Origin: an uncultured delta proteobacterium
Lineage (GTDB): Bacteria > Myxococcota_A > Polyangia > Polyangiales > Polyangiaceae
DNA length: 64,000 nucleotides
Assembly (NCBI GenBank): GCA_963716725.1
Contig: CAVQUB010000011.1
Coordinates: forward strand, 384,001-448,000
Reading direction: 5' to 3'
Every line of letters starts with the position of its first letter. Position 1 is the first letter of the stretch. Shown here piece by piece: positions 1 to 12,189 of this stretch. The position numbers and the translations under genes were made by a program. The notes beneath the pieces are model-generated. The model made no database searches, had not been told where the DNA came from, and saw only the letters and a list, made by a program, of their open reading frames with translations.

Positions 1-782
1 GTACGTCATGGCCGACGGCACCGCGGGCATGAACGATCTGAGCCACGGCCTCCTGACCGCCTTCGGTCCCAACGTCAACGTGCAGGAGGGCAAGCGCATG
101 CTGGTGCTGTCGAGCGGTACCGCCAGGCAGCCAACGGATCCGGGCTACCAGAGCGTGGGCGGCGCCAACATGAACACGACCAGCCCGCCGCCGTCGCCGC
201 AGTTCCCCATCGACACGCCGACCTGCCCGGGCGTGACCACGACCGGCAAGCCCGCCAACGATCCAGCCGCGCTCGAGCTCAAGATCCGCGTTCCCACCAA
301 CGCCAAGAGCTTCAGTTTCAACTTCAACTTCTACACCTACGAGTGGCCGGGCTTCGTGTGTTCGAGCTACAACGATTTCTTCGCGGCCCTGCAGACGCCG
401 GCGCCGCCCAACGCAGCCCTCGGCAACATCTCCTTCGATACCCAAGGCAACCCGGTCAGCGTGAACAACGCCTTCCTGGAGGCCTGTGCGCTGCAGCAGC
501 GGCCCGCCCTGTACGGCCAAGAGCAAGGTCTTCGCCTGCTCGCTCGGAACGACCCTCCTGGACGGCACCGGCTTCGGGGACCCCACCTACCCGCACGCCG
601 CGACGGGCTGGCTCGAGACCAAGTCGCCGGTCACGCCCGGCAGCGAAGTCACCCTGCGCTTCGCCATCTGGGACGCCGGAGATCACGTGCTCGACTCGAC
701 GGTGCTGCTCGACAATTTCGAATTCAGCGCCGACGAAGCGTCTGGCGGTTCCACGACCAAGCCCGTCCCGACTCCGAAGTGA
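1..782 (+). CDS. 3' part of a secreted protein with a choice-of-anchor-L-like domain (paralog of 812..2113); one indel near 490
   Basis: ORF 8.. reads ...LELKIRVPTNAKSFSFNFNFYTYEWP... and continues in ORF 486..782 (ATGWLETKSPVTPGSEVTLRFAIWD...TTKPVPTPK*), near-identical to the next gene; 5' end lies outside the window. Confidence 0.75.
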
Positions 783-811
783 GCGCAGCCACCAACCCAC
801 CCAGGCCCCCC

Positions 812-2113
812 ATGACCCAGTATCGAGCGATGCTCTATGTTGCCACCGGCGCGCTGGCGGCCATCACGGCCGCCGCATGTACGACGGCGAGCAGCAGCGG
901 CGGCGACGACTTGTTCACGGGAGGCAGCGGCGGCGCCGGCAACGCCGGCGGCGGCGGGGGCTTCGGCGGCAGCGGCAACGGCACCAGCGGCGGCGCTGGC
1001 GGCGGCCTCGTCATCGACGGAGGGGGCGCGACCGGTGGCGGCACCACCAACTGCACTTCCGGACCCACGGAAGACCAAGACAAGGACGGCTTCAGCGTTC
1101 AAGACGGCGATTGCAACGACTGCGACGCCAACGCCAACCCCGGCGCCTACGACGTCGGGGGCAACAACGTCGACGAAGACTGCAACGGCACCGCCGACGA
1201 CACCGCCGTCGATTGCGACTCGGTCATCACCGCCGTCGGCGACAACGATCCGATGAACGGAGCCCGGGCCATCGGCCTCTGCCAACCAGCCACGGCGGGC
1301 GACAAAAAGTGGGGGGTGCTCGAGGCCAAATGGGTCAAGGCCGACGGCTCACCCGGTATGAACGACCTCGCCCACGGGATGCTTCCGAAGTTCGGCCCCA
1401 ACGTGAACTGTCAGGAGGGCAAGCGCATGCTCGGCCTGTCCAGCGGCACCGCCCGCGAGCCCACGGACTCGGACTACGCCGACGTGAGCGGCGAAGACAT
1501 GACGACCACGAGCCCACCGCCCACCGGATTCCCGGTGGACTCACCGAGCTGCCCCGGCAACAACACGACGGGATCCGTGGCCAACGATCCGGCCGGCCTC
1601 GAGCTCAAGTTGCGAGTGCCCACCAACGCCAAGAGCTTCTCGTTCAACTTCAACTTCTACACCTACGAGTGGCCGGACTACGTCTGCTCCGACTACAACG
1701 ACTCGTTCGTCGCGCTGCAGTCTCCGGCGCCGCCCAACGCGAAACTCGGCAACATCTCCTTCGACACTCAGGGCAACCCGGTCAGCGTGAACAACGGCTT
1801 CTTGGACGCCTGTGGCTGCTCCGGCGGCGCACCTTGCCAGGCGGGCGGCAAGACCTTCCCGTGCTCACTCGGCACCACCATCCTCCAGGGCACGGGCTTC
1901 GGCATCGACACGACGCAATACGACGACCACGGCGCCACCGGCTGGCTCGAGACCAAGTCGCCGGTGACCCCAGGCGGCGAGGTCACGCTGCGCTTCGCGA
2001 TCTGGGACGCTGGCGACGAGGTGCTGGACTCCACCGTGTTGATCGACAACTTCGTATTCAGTGCCGATGAAGCCACCGGCACCACCACCAAGCCAGTGCC
2101 AACGCCGAAGTGA
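812..2113 (+). CDS. Lipoprotein: Gly-rich linker, MopE-like putative metal-binding motif, choice-of-anchor-L-like domain
   Basis: ATG at 812, signal peptide ending TAAAC, DQDKDGFSVQDGDCNDCDANANPGA...DEDCNG motif, C-terminal TLRFAIWDAGDEVLDSTVLIDNF. Confidence 0.8.
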   Translation: MTQYRAMLYVATGALAAITAAACTTASSSGGDDLFTGGSGGAGNAGGGGGFGGSGNGTSGGAGGGLVIDGGGATGGGTTNCTSGPTEDQDKDGFSVQDGDCNDCDANANPGAYDVGGNNVDEDCNGTADDTAVDCDSVITAVGDNDPMNGARAIGLCQPATAGDKKWGVLEAKWVKADGSPGMNDLAHGMLPKFGPNVNCQEGKRMLGLSSGTAREPTDSDYADVSGEDMTTTSPPPTGFPVDSPSCPGNNTTGSVANDPAGLELKLRVPTNAKSFSFNFNFYTYEWPDYVCSDYNDSFVALQSPAPPNAKLGNISFDTQGNPVSVNNGFLDACGCSGGAPCQAGGKTFPCSLGTTILQGTGFGIDTTQYDDHGATGWLETKSPVTPGGEVTLRFAIWDAGDEVLDSTVLIDNFVFSADEATGTTTKPVPTPK

Positions 2114-2114
2114 C

Positions 2115-3012
2115 TCAGCGCACGCAGTTGCGTCCGGAGTTCTTTGCCGCGTAGAGCTGGGTGTCGGCACGCTCGTAGAGCGCCTCGGGAGCCTGGTCTG
2201 TGGCCAGGCGCTCGGCCACGCCAACGCTGACAGTGACCGGGATCCGGGTGCCGTCGGCCGTGAACGTCGATGCCTCCACGGCTCGACGGATGTGCTCGGC
2301 GAGATGCCAAGCGTTGGCCGCAGGCATGCCTGGACACAGGACCGCAAATTCCTCGCCGCCCGTGCGAGCGAACACCGCTCCCTGCGGCACGATCTGGGAG
2401 ACGACCGACGAGGCCTGGCGGAGGACTGCGTCGCCCGCCGGGTGCCCGTGCGTGTCGTTGACGCTCTTGAAGTGGTCCAGATCGAAGGCGATGAGGCAAA
2501 GCGGAGCGCCATCGAAGCGAGCGCGCCACATCACGTTGTGCAGCGTCTCGTCGAAGTGGCTGCGGTTGTAGATGCCCGTGAGGCCGTCGTAGCGCATGAG
2601 GCGCTGGATTTCTTCATGATAAGCGGCTTCGACGTTGCCGCCCGACAGGTACTTGACCAGCACCTTGCCGATTCCGACACGATCACCGTCGTCGAGCGGC
2701 TGCTCCGAGACGCGGTTCTCGTTCACGTAGGTGCCGTTGGTCGAGCGCAGATCTTCGATGAAATGTCGCGTGCCGTCCCAGCGCACGCGCGCGTGCAGCC
2801 GGCTGACGCTGTCGAGGTCCAGCTGAAAGCCGCAGCCCACGCCGCGCCCGATGTCGAGGGTCTCCTCGCCGAGCAAGACGCGGTGGCCGAGCCGCGGGCC
2901 GGCGATGACGACCAGGAACGCCTGCCCCGGCGCGCTCTTACGCCAAGAGCGCGTGAAGTCACGCGTGATGGTGACCTCTACGGTGGTCTCGAACAGATCG
3001 TCAGCTGCCACT
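2115..3012 (-). CDS. FHA-domain diguanylate cyclase (start approximate)
   Basis: FHA motifs IGRG, SVSRLHA, DLRSTNGTYVN; GGDEF motifs DGLTGIYNR, FDLDHFKSVNDTHGHPAGD, RTGGEEF, LYAAKNSGRN. Confidence 0.9.
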
Positions 3013-3201
3013 TCGGGAACACGAAGCGTATCACAGAACCCTCGACCCACACGGTGTAGGGCGGTGTGTGGCGGGAGCGGATCGGGCGCGAAGACCCCCG
3101 CGCCTTTCTCCGAGGGCCTGGCACACATGGCACCGGCACCGGCGCCGCCGCCGCCATCGAGAAGGCAGCAGGCCGGCGCCGTGATTGTTCGGTGGCGGAG
3201 G

Positions 3202-4620
3202 TCAGATGTCGTAGTAGAGGAAGTACTCGAGGGGCGTCGGGTGCAGCCGCGAGAGCTTCAGATCGTTCTCGCGTTTGTAGTCGAGCCACATGCTGATGAC
3301 GTCCTTGGTGAAGACGTCGCCCTTGAGCAGGAACTGGTGGTCGCGCTCGAGAGCGTCGAGGCTCTCCTCGAGCGACGCGGGCATGTGCGGGACGTCCTTC
3401 AGCTCCTCCGGCGAGAGCGAGTAGATGTCCTTGTCCAGCGGATCGCCCGGGTCGATCTTGTTCTGGATGCCGTCGAGGCCCGCCATCATCATGGCCGCGA
3501 AGGTGATGTAGGGGTTGCCGGTCGGATCGGGGAAGCGCACCTCGATGCGTCGCGCCTTCGGCGACGGCGAGTAGGTCGAGATGCGGATCGCTGCCGAGCG
3601 GTTCCGGCTCGAGTAGGCCAGGTTGACCGGCGCTTCGTAGCCCGGCACCAGCCGCTTGTAGCTGTTGGTGGTCGGGTTGGTCAGCGCCGCCAGGCTCTTG
3701 GCGTGCTTGAGGATGCCGCCGATGTAGAAGAGGGCCATGTCGGACATGCCCGCGTAGCCGTCGCCGGCGAAGAGCGGCTTGCCGTCGGTCCACAGCGACT
3801 GGTGGCAGTGCATGCCGTTGCCGTTGTCGCCGAACATCGGCTTGGGCATGAAGGTCGCGGTCTTGCGGTTCTGGTGCGCGACGTTCTTGACGATGTGCTT
3901 GAACCACATCAGCTTGTCCGCACTGCGCAGGAGCGTGTCGTACTTCATGTCGATCTCGCCCTGCCCCGCCGTCGCGACCTCGTGGTGGCTCACTTCCACT
4001 TCGATGCCGACCTGCTTCATGATCAGGCAGATGTCCGTGCGCAGGTCCATCTGCGTGTCTTGAGGCGAGACCGGGAAGTAGCCCTCCTTGTGGCGGATCT
4101 TGTGGCCCAGGTTGGGCCTCTCGTCGCGACCCGTGTTCCAGTCCGCCTCGATGGAGTCGATGTGGAAATAGGCCTCGTGTCCGCTGGCATCGAAGCGAAC
4201 GTCGTCGAAGATGAAGAACTCCGCCTCCGGCCCGAAGTAACAGGTGTCGGCCAGGCCGGTGCTCTTCAGATAGGCCTCGGCCTTCCTGGCGATGTGACGC
4301 GGGTCCCGTGAGTAGTTCTGCCGGGTGATCGTGTCCTGCACCGTGCACAAGAGGCTCAAGGTCGGGTGCTTGGTGAAGGGATCCATGACGGCCGTGGCCG
4401 GGTCCGGGATCAGCAGCATGTCGCTCTGGTTGATGGGCTGAAAGCCACGGATCGACGAGCCGTCGAAGCCGAACCCGTCCTCGAAGCTGTCGGCCTCGAG
4501 GCGGTCGAAGGGAACCGAGGTGTGCTGCCACTTTCCGGGCAGGTCGATGAACTTGAGATCGACCATCACCGCGCTGTTCTTCTTGCCGAATTCGATGACA
4601 TCCTTGGGGTTCATGGGCAT
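3202..4620 (-). CDS. glnA: Glutamine synthetase type I
   Basis: [66 protein letters not shown] upstream of ATG at 4620. Confidence 0.97.
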   Translation of the reverse strand: MPMNPKDVIEFGKKNSAVMVDLKFIDLPGKWQHTSVPFDRLEADSFEDGFGFDGSSIRGFQPINQSDMLLIPDPATAVMDPFTKHPTLSLLCTVQDTITRQNYSRDPRHIARKAEAYLKSTGLADTCYFGPEAEFFIFDDVRFDASGHEAYFHIDSIEADWNTGRDERPNLGHKIRHKEGYFPVSPQDTQMDLRTDICLIMKQVGIEVEVSHHEVATAGQGEIDMKYDTLLRSADKLMWFKHIVKNVAHQNRKTATFMPKPMFGDNGNGMHCHQSLWTDGKPLFAGDGYAGMSDMALFYIGGILKHAKSLAALTNPTTNSYKRLVPGYEAPVNLAYSSRNRSAAIRISTYSPSPKARRIEVRFPDPTGNPYITFAAMMMAGLDGIQNKIDPGDPLDKDIYSLSPEELKDVPHMPASLEESLDALERDHQFLLKGDVFTKDVISMWLDYKRENDLKLSRLHPTPLEYFLYYDI

Positions 4621-4679
4621 GGTTTCTCCTCGGGATCGGGTCCCGTCAGCAATCGTCGATGCGGAGCTCGAGCTCCGAC

Positions 4680-5141
<462 letters not shown>

Positions 5142-5197
5142 TCAGTCGTCACGAATGAGGCGGGTCAACTCAGCCGATACGTGGAGCAGTTGCGCGC

Positions 5198-6370
5198 TCA
5201 GGCCGGACCCTTGAGCGCGCGGTATGGGCGCAGCGACGGCGGCGGCGGGACCAACGAAGGCTCAAAGGAATCCGGCTGTTCGTCGCCGAGGCAGATCGTG
5301 AGCTGCCGCGCGCTCGTGAGCACGTCGGAGTCGAGGGGCACCGTACGAATGCGCTGGATCCCTTCGGAAATGGGCACGAACTGGATCTGGCTGCCGCGCA
5401 CTGCGACGAGCCCGCTCGTGTTCGTCTCTGCGATGAAACGCGTCGCTGCGCAGCCGAGGCGAAGCGCGAGCACGCGGTCGGTCATGACCGGGCTGCCGCC
5501 GCGCTGGAGGTGACCGAGCACGATGCTGCGGGTCTCCTTGCCGGTGCGCTCGTGCACTTCACGGGCGACATACTCGGCGATGCCGCCGAGCTGCCCGTGC
5601 TCCTTGAACTTGTCAGCGCCCTCTTTGAAGACGGCGGAGCCGCCCGCCGGCATGGCGCCTTCGGCGACGACGACGATGGCGAAGCGCCGGTTCATGATTT
5701 CACGCCAGCGGATCTTGTCGCACACGCGCTCCAGGTCGAAGGGGATCTCCGGGATGAGCACGATGTCGGCTCCGCCGGCCATGCCCGAATACAACGCGAT
5801 CCACCCGGCATGACGCCCCATCACCTCGACCACCATCACGCGCTCGTGGGCCTGAGCCGTGGTGTGCAGCTTGTCGATGGCATCGGTCGCGGTGGCGACC
5901 GCGGTATCGAAGCCGAAGGTCAAATCCGTCCCGGCGAGGTCGTTGTCGATGGTCTTCGGAACCGCGATCACGCGGCGCAGTCCGCGTTCGAGGAGCTTGG
6001 CCGCGAGCCGGATCGAACCATCTCCACCGATGGCCACCAGCGCGTCCACACCGAGCTCCTCCAAACGCTGGATGACCTTGCCCGACACGTCGGTCGGCAC
6101 GAGCTCGCCGCCCTTCATGACCGGGTAGTTGAAGGGATCGCCCCGATTGGTGCTGCCGAGGATGGTGCCGCCGCGGTGATGGATCCCGCGCACGCTGTTT
6201 CGATCGAGGCAGACGACGCCATCCGGATCGTCGAGCAGCCCGTGGTAGCCCTGGCGAATGCCCAGCACCTCCCAGCCGAGGCTCATGCCGCTGATGGCCA
6301 CCGCCCGAATGACCGCGTTGAGGCCGGGTGCGTCGCCCCCACCAGTGTTGACCGCTATCCTTCGAATCAT
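5198..6370 (-). CDS. pfkA: 6-phosphofructokinase family protein
   Basis: TGGGDAPGLNAVIRA, GGTILGS, IGGDGS, PKTIDND, EVMGRHAGWIA, LGHLQRGG; ATG at 6370. Confidence 0.9.
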   Translation of the reverse strand: MIRRIAVNTGGGDAPGLNAVIRAVAISGMSLGWEVLGIRQGYHGLLDDPDGVVCLDRNSVRGIHHRGGTILGSTNRGDPFNYPVMKGGELVPTDVSGKVIQRLEELGVDALVAIGGDGSIRLAAKLLERGLRRVIAVPKTIDNDLAGTDLTFGFDTAVATATDAIDKLHTTAQAHERVMVVEVMGRHAGWIALYSGMAGGADIVLIPEIPFDLERVCDKIRWREIMNRRFAIVVVAEGAMPAGGSAVFKEGADKFKEHGQLGGIAEYVAREVHERTGKETRSIVLGHLQRGGSPVMTDRVLALRLGCAATRFIAETNTSGLVAVRGSQIQFVPISEGIQRIRTVPLDSDVLTSARQLTICLGDEQPDSFEPSLVPPPPSLRPYRALKGPA

Positions 6371-6442
6371 CGCGGCTCGCACTGTAGACTCGGACCCGTC
6401 GCCTGTCTCGTCCGGCGCGCCAGGCGCAGACGCACATTTTAC

Positions 6443-7445
6443 ATGAAGCCGCCGCCAGCCCCCCTGTCCCTCGGACGCTACCCCACGCCAGTGTTTCGCG
6501 CCGAAGCGCTCTCGAGGGCGGGCGCCGAGCTGTGGGTCAAGAACGACGGCGTTTCCGCCGAACCCTACGGCGGCAACAAGGTGCGTAAACTCGAGCTGGT
6601 GCTGGCGGACGCGGCGCGGCGCGGGGCTCGTCGCATCGTGACGACGGGCGCGGGGGGCAGCCACCACGTGCTCGCAACGGCGATCTACGCACGAGCGATC
6701 GGGGTCCCGGTGCTCGCGGTGCTGTGTCCGCAACCCTGGACCGCTCACGCTGAGGCCACGCTCCGCGCGTCACTCGGCCACGGCATCGACGTGCGCGTGG
6801 TCGGCTCGATGAGCGCCGTCCCCTTGGGGATCGCCGCCGCGCTGCGCCGAGGCGACTACTTCGTCCCCGCCGGAGGTTCGAGCAGACTGGGGACGCTGGG
6901 CTACGCCCGCGCGGTCGCCGAGCTCGCCGGGCAGATTCGAGGCGGTGAGCTGCCCGAGCCGGATCTCATCGTCGTGCCATTCGGCTCGGGGGGCACGGTC
7001 GCCGGTATCCTCGCCGGCGTGCTCCGCGAAGGGCTGCGCGCACGCGTGGTGGCGGTCTCGGTCGCCGTGTCGGCGACCCTGGGCCGGGCCGTCGTCTTGG
7101 CATTGGCTCGCGCAGCGACGCGGCTCGACGGCGGTGACGCCGGGCTGCTACGTCTGAGCCGGGCGCTCGAGGTGGACGCGGAGCACCTTGGGGCGGGCTA
7201 CGGGCACCCCACCCCGGGTGGGGCGGCGGCTACCATCGCCGCGCGCAGCGTGGGGCTCACGCTGGACCCAACCTACACGGCAAAGACCTTCGCTCGAGCC
7301 CTCGAGGACGTGCGCGCGCCTGCCGCGCACCGCGTCAGGGTCCTCGTACTGGCACACGCTGTCAGCCGCCCCGCTCGCCCCGCTCCTCGCAAATGCTCCG
7401 GCCTTTGTCCCCCCGGCGCTGGAACGCCTCCTCCCCGGGCGCTGA
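6443..7445 (+). CDS. D-cysteine desulfhydrase/ACC deaminase family PLP enzyme; indel near 7340
   Basis: LWVKND...YGGNKVRKLE, GSGGTVAG, LDPTYTAK; C-terminus YWHTLS... lies in another frame (7188..7445). Confidence 0.85.
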
Positions 7446-7521
7446 GGCCGCGAGAATTCTTACAGTTCTTCGCCGAGACTTGGCGCGTGGTTTCTCGCGA
7501 TCGTCGGGCACCCTTGCTAAC

Positions 7522-10156
7522 GTGACGGCGTCGAGCGCCTCGGCGCCACCCGACCGCCGGCGCACGCAGATGGCTTCCCCCCCAGCAAGTCCCAGGTCCC
7601 GGTCGGGACCGTCCTGGAGGGGAAGTTCCGCATCACGCAAGGAGATCGGCCGCGGCGGCATGGCCGCGGTCTACGAGGCCGAGAACATCACGCTGGGCAA
7701 GCGCGTCGCGGTCAAGATCCTGGCCGCCGAGTTGGTGACCTCGCGCATCGTGCGCGAGCGCTTCCTGCGCGAGGCGCGCGCGGCAGCCGCGATCCGCAGC
7801 CCGAACATCTGCGACGTCTACGACTCGGGCATGTACGACGGGCGGCCGTTCCTGGTGATGGAGCTGCTCGAGGGCGAGAGCCTGTACGACATGATGACGC
7901 GCGTCCGTCGCATCGACGCCGACACGACGCTCGGCAGTCATCACGCAGACCGCCCGCGGCTTGCAGAAGGCCCACGACTCCACCGTCATCCACCGCGATC
8001 TGAAGCCCGAGAACATCTTCATCACCAAGACGCCGGAGGGCGAGATGGTGGTGAAGATCCTCGATTTCGGCCTGGCCAAGTTCTACGAGCAGACCGGCGA
8101 TGCCGCCTCGCCGCGACTGACCCGCGAAGGAGCGCTTGTTCGGAACGCCCGCCTACATGAGCCCGGAGCAGGCCAAGGGCCAAGGCGAGGTCGACCTCGC
8201 GCCGGATCTGTGGGCCCTCGGGCTGCATCGTCTACGAGTGCCTGACCGGGACCACGGTTTGGAACGTCGAGCAGGGCGTGGCGATGATCCTCGCGCAGAT
8301 CGCCGGGGCGCCCGATCCCGAAGCCCTCCAAGCTGCGCCCGGATCTGCCGCCGCAATTCGACTGCGTGGTTCGCCAAAGCGCTGGAGCGCGATCCCCGAA
8401 AGCGCTTCCAGACCGCGCGCGAGCTGGCAGAGACGCTGTCGGAGGCGCTGACTCCGGCGACCAGCATGCCGCCGCCCTCGTGGCGCCAGAGTTCCGCGCC
8501 CAGCGACGAAGAAGGCGCTCTGATCGACGAGCTCGTGGATCAGACCAGACCGGGGGCCCTCGCTCCGCCGCCGGCCCCGCGAATGCCAGCGCGCCGGGCG
8601 GGCGGCGCCGCCAGATCAGGTGCTCAACGCTCCGCAGCCCGCGCAAGAGCGGTCCGCTCGGCCTCGTCGGCGTGCTCTTGGGCGTGGCGGTGCTGGCCCT
8701 CGGCGGTTACGCGCTCTGGTTCTACGTGCTGCACCCACCGACGCCAGACCGCGCGACCCATGCCCAGCGCGTCGGGAGCCCCGAGCGCGAGCGCCACGCC
8801 CGCGGCGACCGCGGTCGGCACCGACTTACGACCTGCCGCTCGAGACGGAAGGCTACGCCCAGCACATCTCGCGAGGCGCAAGCGCTGCTCGAGCGCGGCA
8901 AGGGCGACGAGGCGCTCGCGGCGTTCAAGGAGGCGTTCAACAACGGCGGCTCCGGCGTCTCGCGCGGCTTGTTGAGCCATGCCGCGGTCGCGATCCCGAG
9001 CGCCGACGGCAAGTGCCGGGTGACCGGCCTCGGTCGCCCGCGCCCCTTCGAGCGCACGACGCCGAGCTCGCGCCCGGATCTGATCGTGCACCGCGGCTGG
9101 CGCGGTCGTGGTCTGGGTCGACAACCAGCAAGACGCGGCTCGCCGCCAGGCCTTCACCGCGTTGCTCGACGAGTGCGCTGCGCCGCGTCTCTCCGGCTCG
9201 GCTCGGTGACGCCGGAAGCGACCTCGGCGCGGCATACGCAGCTGATCGTCCGCCGGCGACAAGCTCGCGCTCTTGTTCTGGGAGGACGGCGGCACCGAGC
9301 CGGGCGTGTACGTCGCGAACGCTCGAGAGCCGACGGACGCATCGCGGGGCCGGCGCAGCGCGTGTCCGCCGTCAAGCGCGCAGGAGTACTCACCCGACCT
9401 TCGCTCGCGCGCCCAGACGGCTCGTACTGGGTGGTCTGGGAGGAGACCTTCGAGGACGGCGTCGACCTGGCGGCGCGCCACCTCTCGGCGGCGCTCGAGC
9501 CCGGTCGGCGAAGTCGACGCGACTGACGGCCTTCGGCTCCGGACGGGATGGACACGGCGCGATCGCCAGCCGACCCGAGCCTCGCCATCGCCGACGGGAC
9601 GTCTGCTCATCGTCGTTCGCGCTCGAGCGCGACAAGAAGCGCCGCATCATGCTGCTCGACGTGCCGCTGAACGACGCCGCACTGGCGTCCGGGGTGAAGA
9701 CCGAAGGCAAGAAGAAGCTCGAGGACCGCGTGGTGGGCAAGCTCGCTTCGGTGGCAGGCATCCGCGGACAGCGTGGCGAAGCACGGGTCGTGTGTGACAA
9801 GGCCGATTGTTTCGCTGGTCTGGGACGACGACAAGGGAGGAGCCTTCGCGGCGCTGTTCGACCGCTCCAAGCATCAGGTCATCTGGCACCGGGAGTTCGC
9901 GCGCGAGCGGCTCGGTACCCTCGATCTCGCTGGGGCCGTCCGGCGCCATGATCGCGTACTTCGATGCCAACCGTGTCAAGCTCGCGAGCATGACGCGCGA
10001 CGGGGTCGAGACCGTCGGAAGCGTGGCCAAGGTCGGCGGAATCCAGCCCTACCCCGCCATCACACCGGGAACCAAACCTGGACACTGGTACATTTCGTGG
10101 CGCGACTACGAGTCTGGACACCTCGAAGCGTACGTCGCCGGGCCGAGTGCAAGTGA
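7522..10156 (+). CDS. Membrane Ser/Thr protein kinase with large C-terminal domain; many indels (start approximate)
   Basis: [32 protein letters not shown] and [10 protein letters not shown] spread over ORFs 7393, 7961, 8136; TM segment [20 protein letters not shown]; ends ...AECK*. Confidence 0.8.
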
Positions 10157-10209
10157 CGCGCCGCAGCTCGTCTCCACCATCGACCCGCCTGGCGGCCCCA
10201 ACCCACCAG

Positions 10210-10783
10210 ATGCTGTCGATTCCGACTCGGGTCGGCCTCCGGCGGGCCCCCATCGAGACCCCGCGCCTGATCCTACTTCCCATCGAAGCGAGCGACGGTC
10301 AGGAGATCTGGGACGCCGTCGACGGCTCGCGCTGGCACCTCGAGCGCTGGCTGCCGTGGGTCCCTTTCAACAACACACCGGAGGCGAGCCAACGCTACGC
10401 CGACGCCTGCGCCGCGGACTGGGACGCGGGACGCGCGGTGCGTTTTGCGATTCGTGACCGCGCCAGCCGAGAGCTCTTGGGCGTCGTGGGGCTCGATTCG
10501 TGTGTGCACTTGCACCGCTCGTGCGAGCTCGGCTACTGGCTTCGCCGCGACGCCACCGGGCGCGGACTGATGACCGAGGCGACGCGCGCGTCCGTCGAAT
10601 TCGCGTTCGACGCGCATGCGCGTCCACCGAATGCGGTGCGCCGCCGCCACCGACAACCACGCGAGCTTGCGCGTCATCGCGCGACTGGGCTTCCGCTTCG
10701 AGGGCATCGCGCGCCAGGCCGAGTTCGTCGGCTCGCGCTGGCTCGACCACGCCGTGTTCGCGCGGCTGGCGACGGACCCGTGA
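10210..10783 (+). CDS. GNAT acetyltransferase, RimJ/RimL family; indel near 10615
   Basis: IETPRLILLP, ELGYWLRRDATGRGLMTEA, then NHASLRVIARLGFRFEG in a shifted frame; stop TGA 10781-10783. Confidence 0.85.
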
Positions 10784-12189
10784 GATCGAGAACCGCCCTC
10801 GAGCGACGACGGCGGCTCAGCTTTCTTCCGCTCGCACCCGTGGCCGTCGTGCTGCTGGGCATCGCCGCCGCGGTCGTGGTGGCGTGGGTGGGGCTCGGGG
10901 AGCTCGAGCGCCAAGGTCGGGGCGCCGCGCGGGACTCGGCCAAGCTCCTGTGCTCGACTCTGGCCGCGCGACTTTCGGCGACGGATCCCCGGGTCCGGCG
11001 GCGGTCGTCGAGCGTGCCGCGGCGCGCTCTCGCCTCGACGTCACGCTGCTCGGCGCGGACGGCAGCGTCGTACTCCGACACGGTGCTGCGCCGACGCCCG
11101 CAGAACTCGAGGCCGCCGAGCGGGACCACGTCGATGCCAGCTGGGTCGTGGCGCCCTCCGCGGGCGGGCAGCTGGCAATCCGCATTCGTGCGGCAGCCGG
11201 CGCGCTCCGATCGCAGCTCGCTCCTGGCGTCGGTGGCCGCCCTGACCTGGATCCTGATCGGAGCCGCGGCGCTGGTCGCCTACGCCATCGCCCGGGACGC
11301 GCGCTCGGACGTCGCGTACGTGAAAGACCGCATCGAAGAGATGGCGAGTCTCGATCGCGAGCCCGCCGGCAAGCTCATCCCCGTGCGCAACTTCGATCAG
11401 GTGGGCCTCCTGACGGCAGCCTTCGATGGTCTGGTCGAGCGCTTCACCGCAGCGGAACGCGCTTACCGGCAGGACCTCGCCGGCGCCCTGGCCTACGATC
11501 GCGATCGCAGTGCGTTCTTGGCGGCGCTCTCCCACGAGCTGCGCACCCCCCTCAACGCCATCTTGGGGTTCGCCGACGTACTGCTGGCAGAAGTCGACGG
11601 ACCGCTCAGCGCTGACGCTCGAGAGAACCTCGACGTGGTCCGCTCGAAAGGCGAGCATCTGCGAGAGCTCATCGATGACATCCTCGAGCTGTCGGCCCTC
11701 GAAAGCGGCGAGCTCGAGCTGTCGCGGGAGACGCTGGACCTATGGCCCATCGCCGAGGATGCCGTGCGCGAGGCCCGGATCAACGCCCGGGACAAGCCCA
11801 TCGAGATCGTGCTGAAGGGTGGGTCGCTCACCACCTGGGCCGACGCCCGTCGCGTACGTCAAATCCTGGGCAACGTGGTGGGCAACGCGGTCAAGTTCAC
11901 TCCCGAAGGACGGGTCGAGGTGGTCATCGAAGCCCAGTCCGAACGCTGGGCGCTGATCCGCGTCAGCGACACCGGGCCCGGCATCGCCCCCGAGGACCAA
12001 GCCAGCATCTTCGAAGAGTACCGCCAGGTCGGTGATCTCGCTGCCCGGCGCGCTGGCTCCGGTCTGGGCCTGGCGATCTCGCGTCGCTTGGTCCAGATGC
12101 ACGACGGCACCATCGATCTAGAGAGCGCGCTTGGACAGGGGTCCGTGTTTCGCATCTTCTTGCCGCGGGACCCCGAGGTGCTGACGTGA
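10780..12189 (+). CDS. Membrane sensor histidine kinase (compensating indels about 10990-11170)
   Basis: H box LSHELRTPLNAILGF, N box QILGNVVGNAVKFT, G1 VSDTGPGI, G2 GSGLGLAI; GTG overlaps the GNAT stop. Confidence 0.9.
   Translation: MRSRTALERRRRLSFLPLAPVAVVLLGIAAAVVVAWVGLGELERQGRGAARDSAKLLCSTLAARLSATDPRVRRRSSSVPRRALASTSRCSARTAASYSDTVLRRRPQNSRPPSGTTSMPAGSWRPPRAGSWQSAFVRQPARSDRSSLLASVAALTWILIGAAALVAYAIARDARSDVAYVKDRIEEMASLDREPAGKLIPVRNFDQVGLLTAAFDGLVERFTAAERAYRQDLAGALAYDRDRSAFLAALSHELRTPLNAILGFADVLLAEVDGPLSADARENLDVVRSKGEHLRELIDDILELSALESGELELSRETLDLWPIAEDAVREARINARDKPIEIVLKGGSLTTWADARRVRQILGNVVGNAVKFTPEGRVEVVIEAQSERWALIRVSDTGPGIAPEDQASIFEEYRQVGDLAARRAGSGLGLAISRRLVQMHDGTIDLESALGQGSVFRIFLPRDPEVLT

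Noticed and set aside
8..2113. Single 701-aa protein
   Set aside because: An indel near 490 makes the first gene read through into the second; two genes
7522..10156. Programmed frameshifting or true pseudogenisation in the kinase (also OPT 51524..53570)
   Set aside because: Indels are numerous and clustered, lack slippery motifs and come with no evident nonsense substitutions; most consistent with low-coverage long-read errors
10147..12189. Novel GNAT-histidine kinase fusion (680 aa)
   Set aside because: The GNAT C-terminus continues in another frame with its own stop at 10783; the fusion results from an indel
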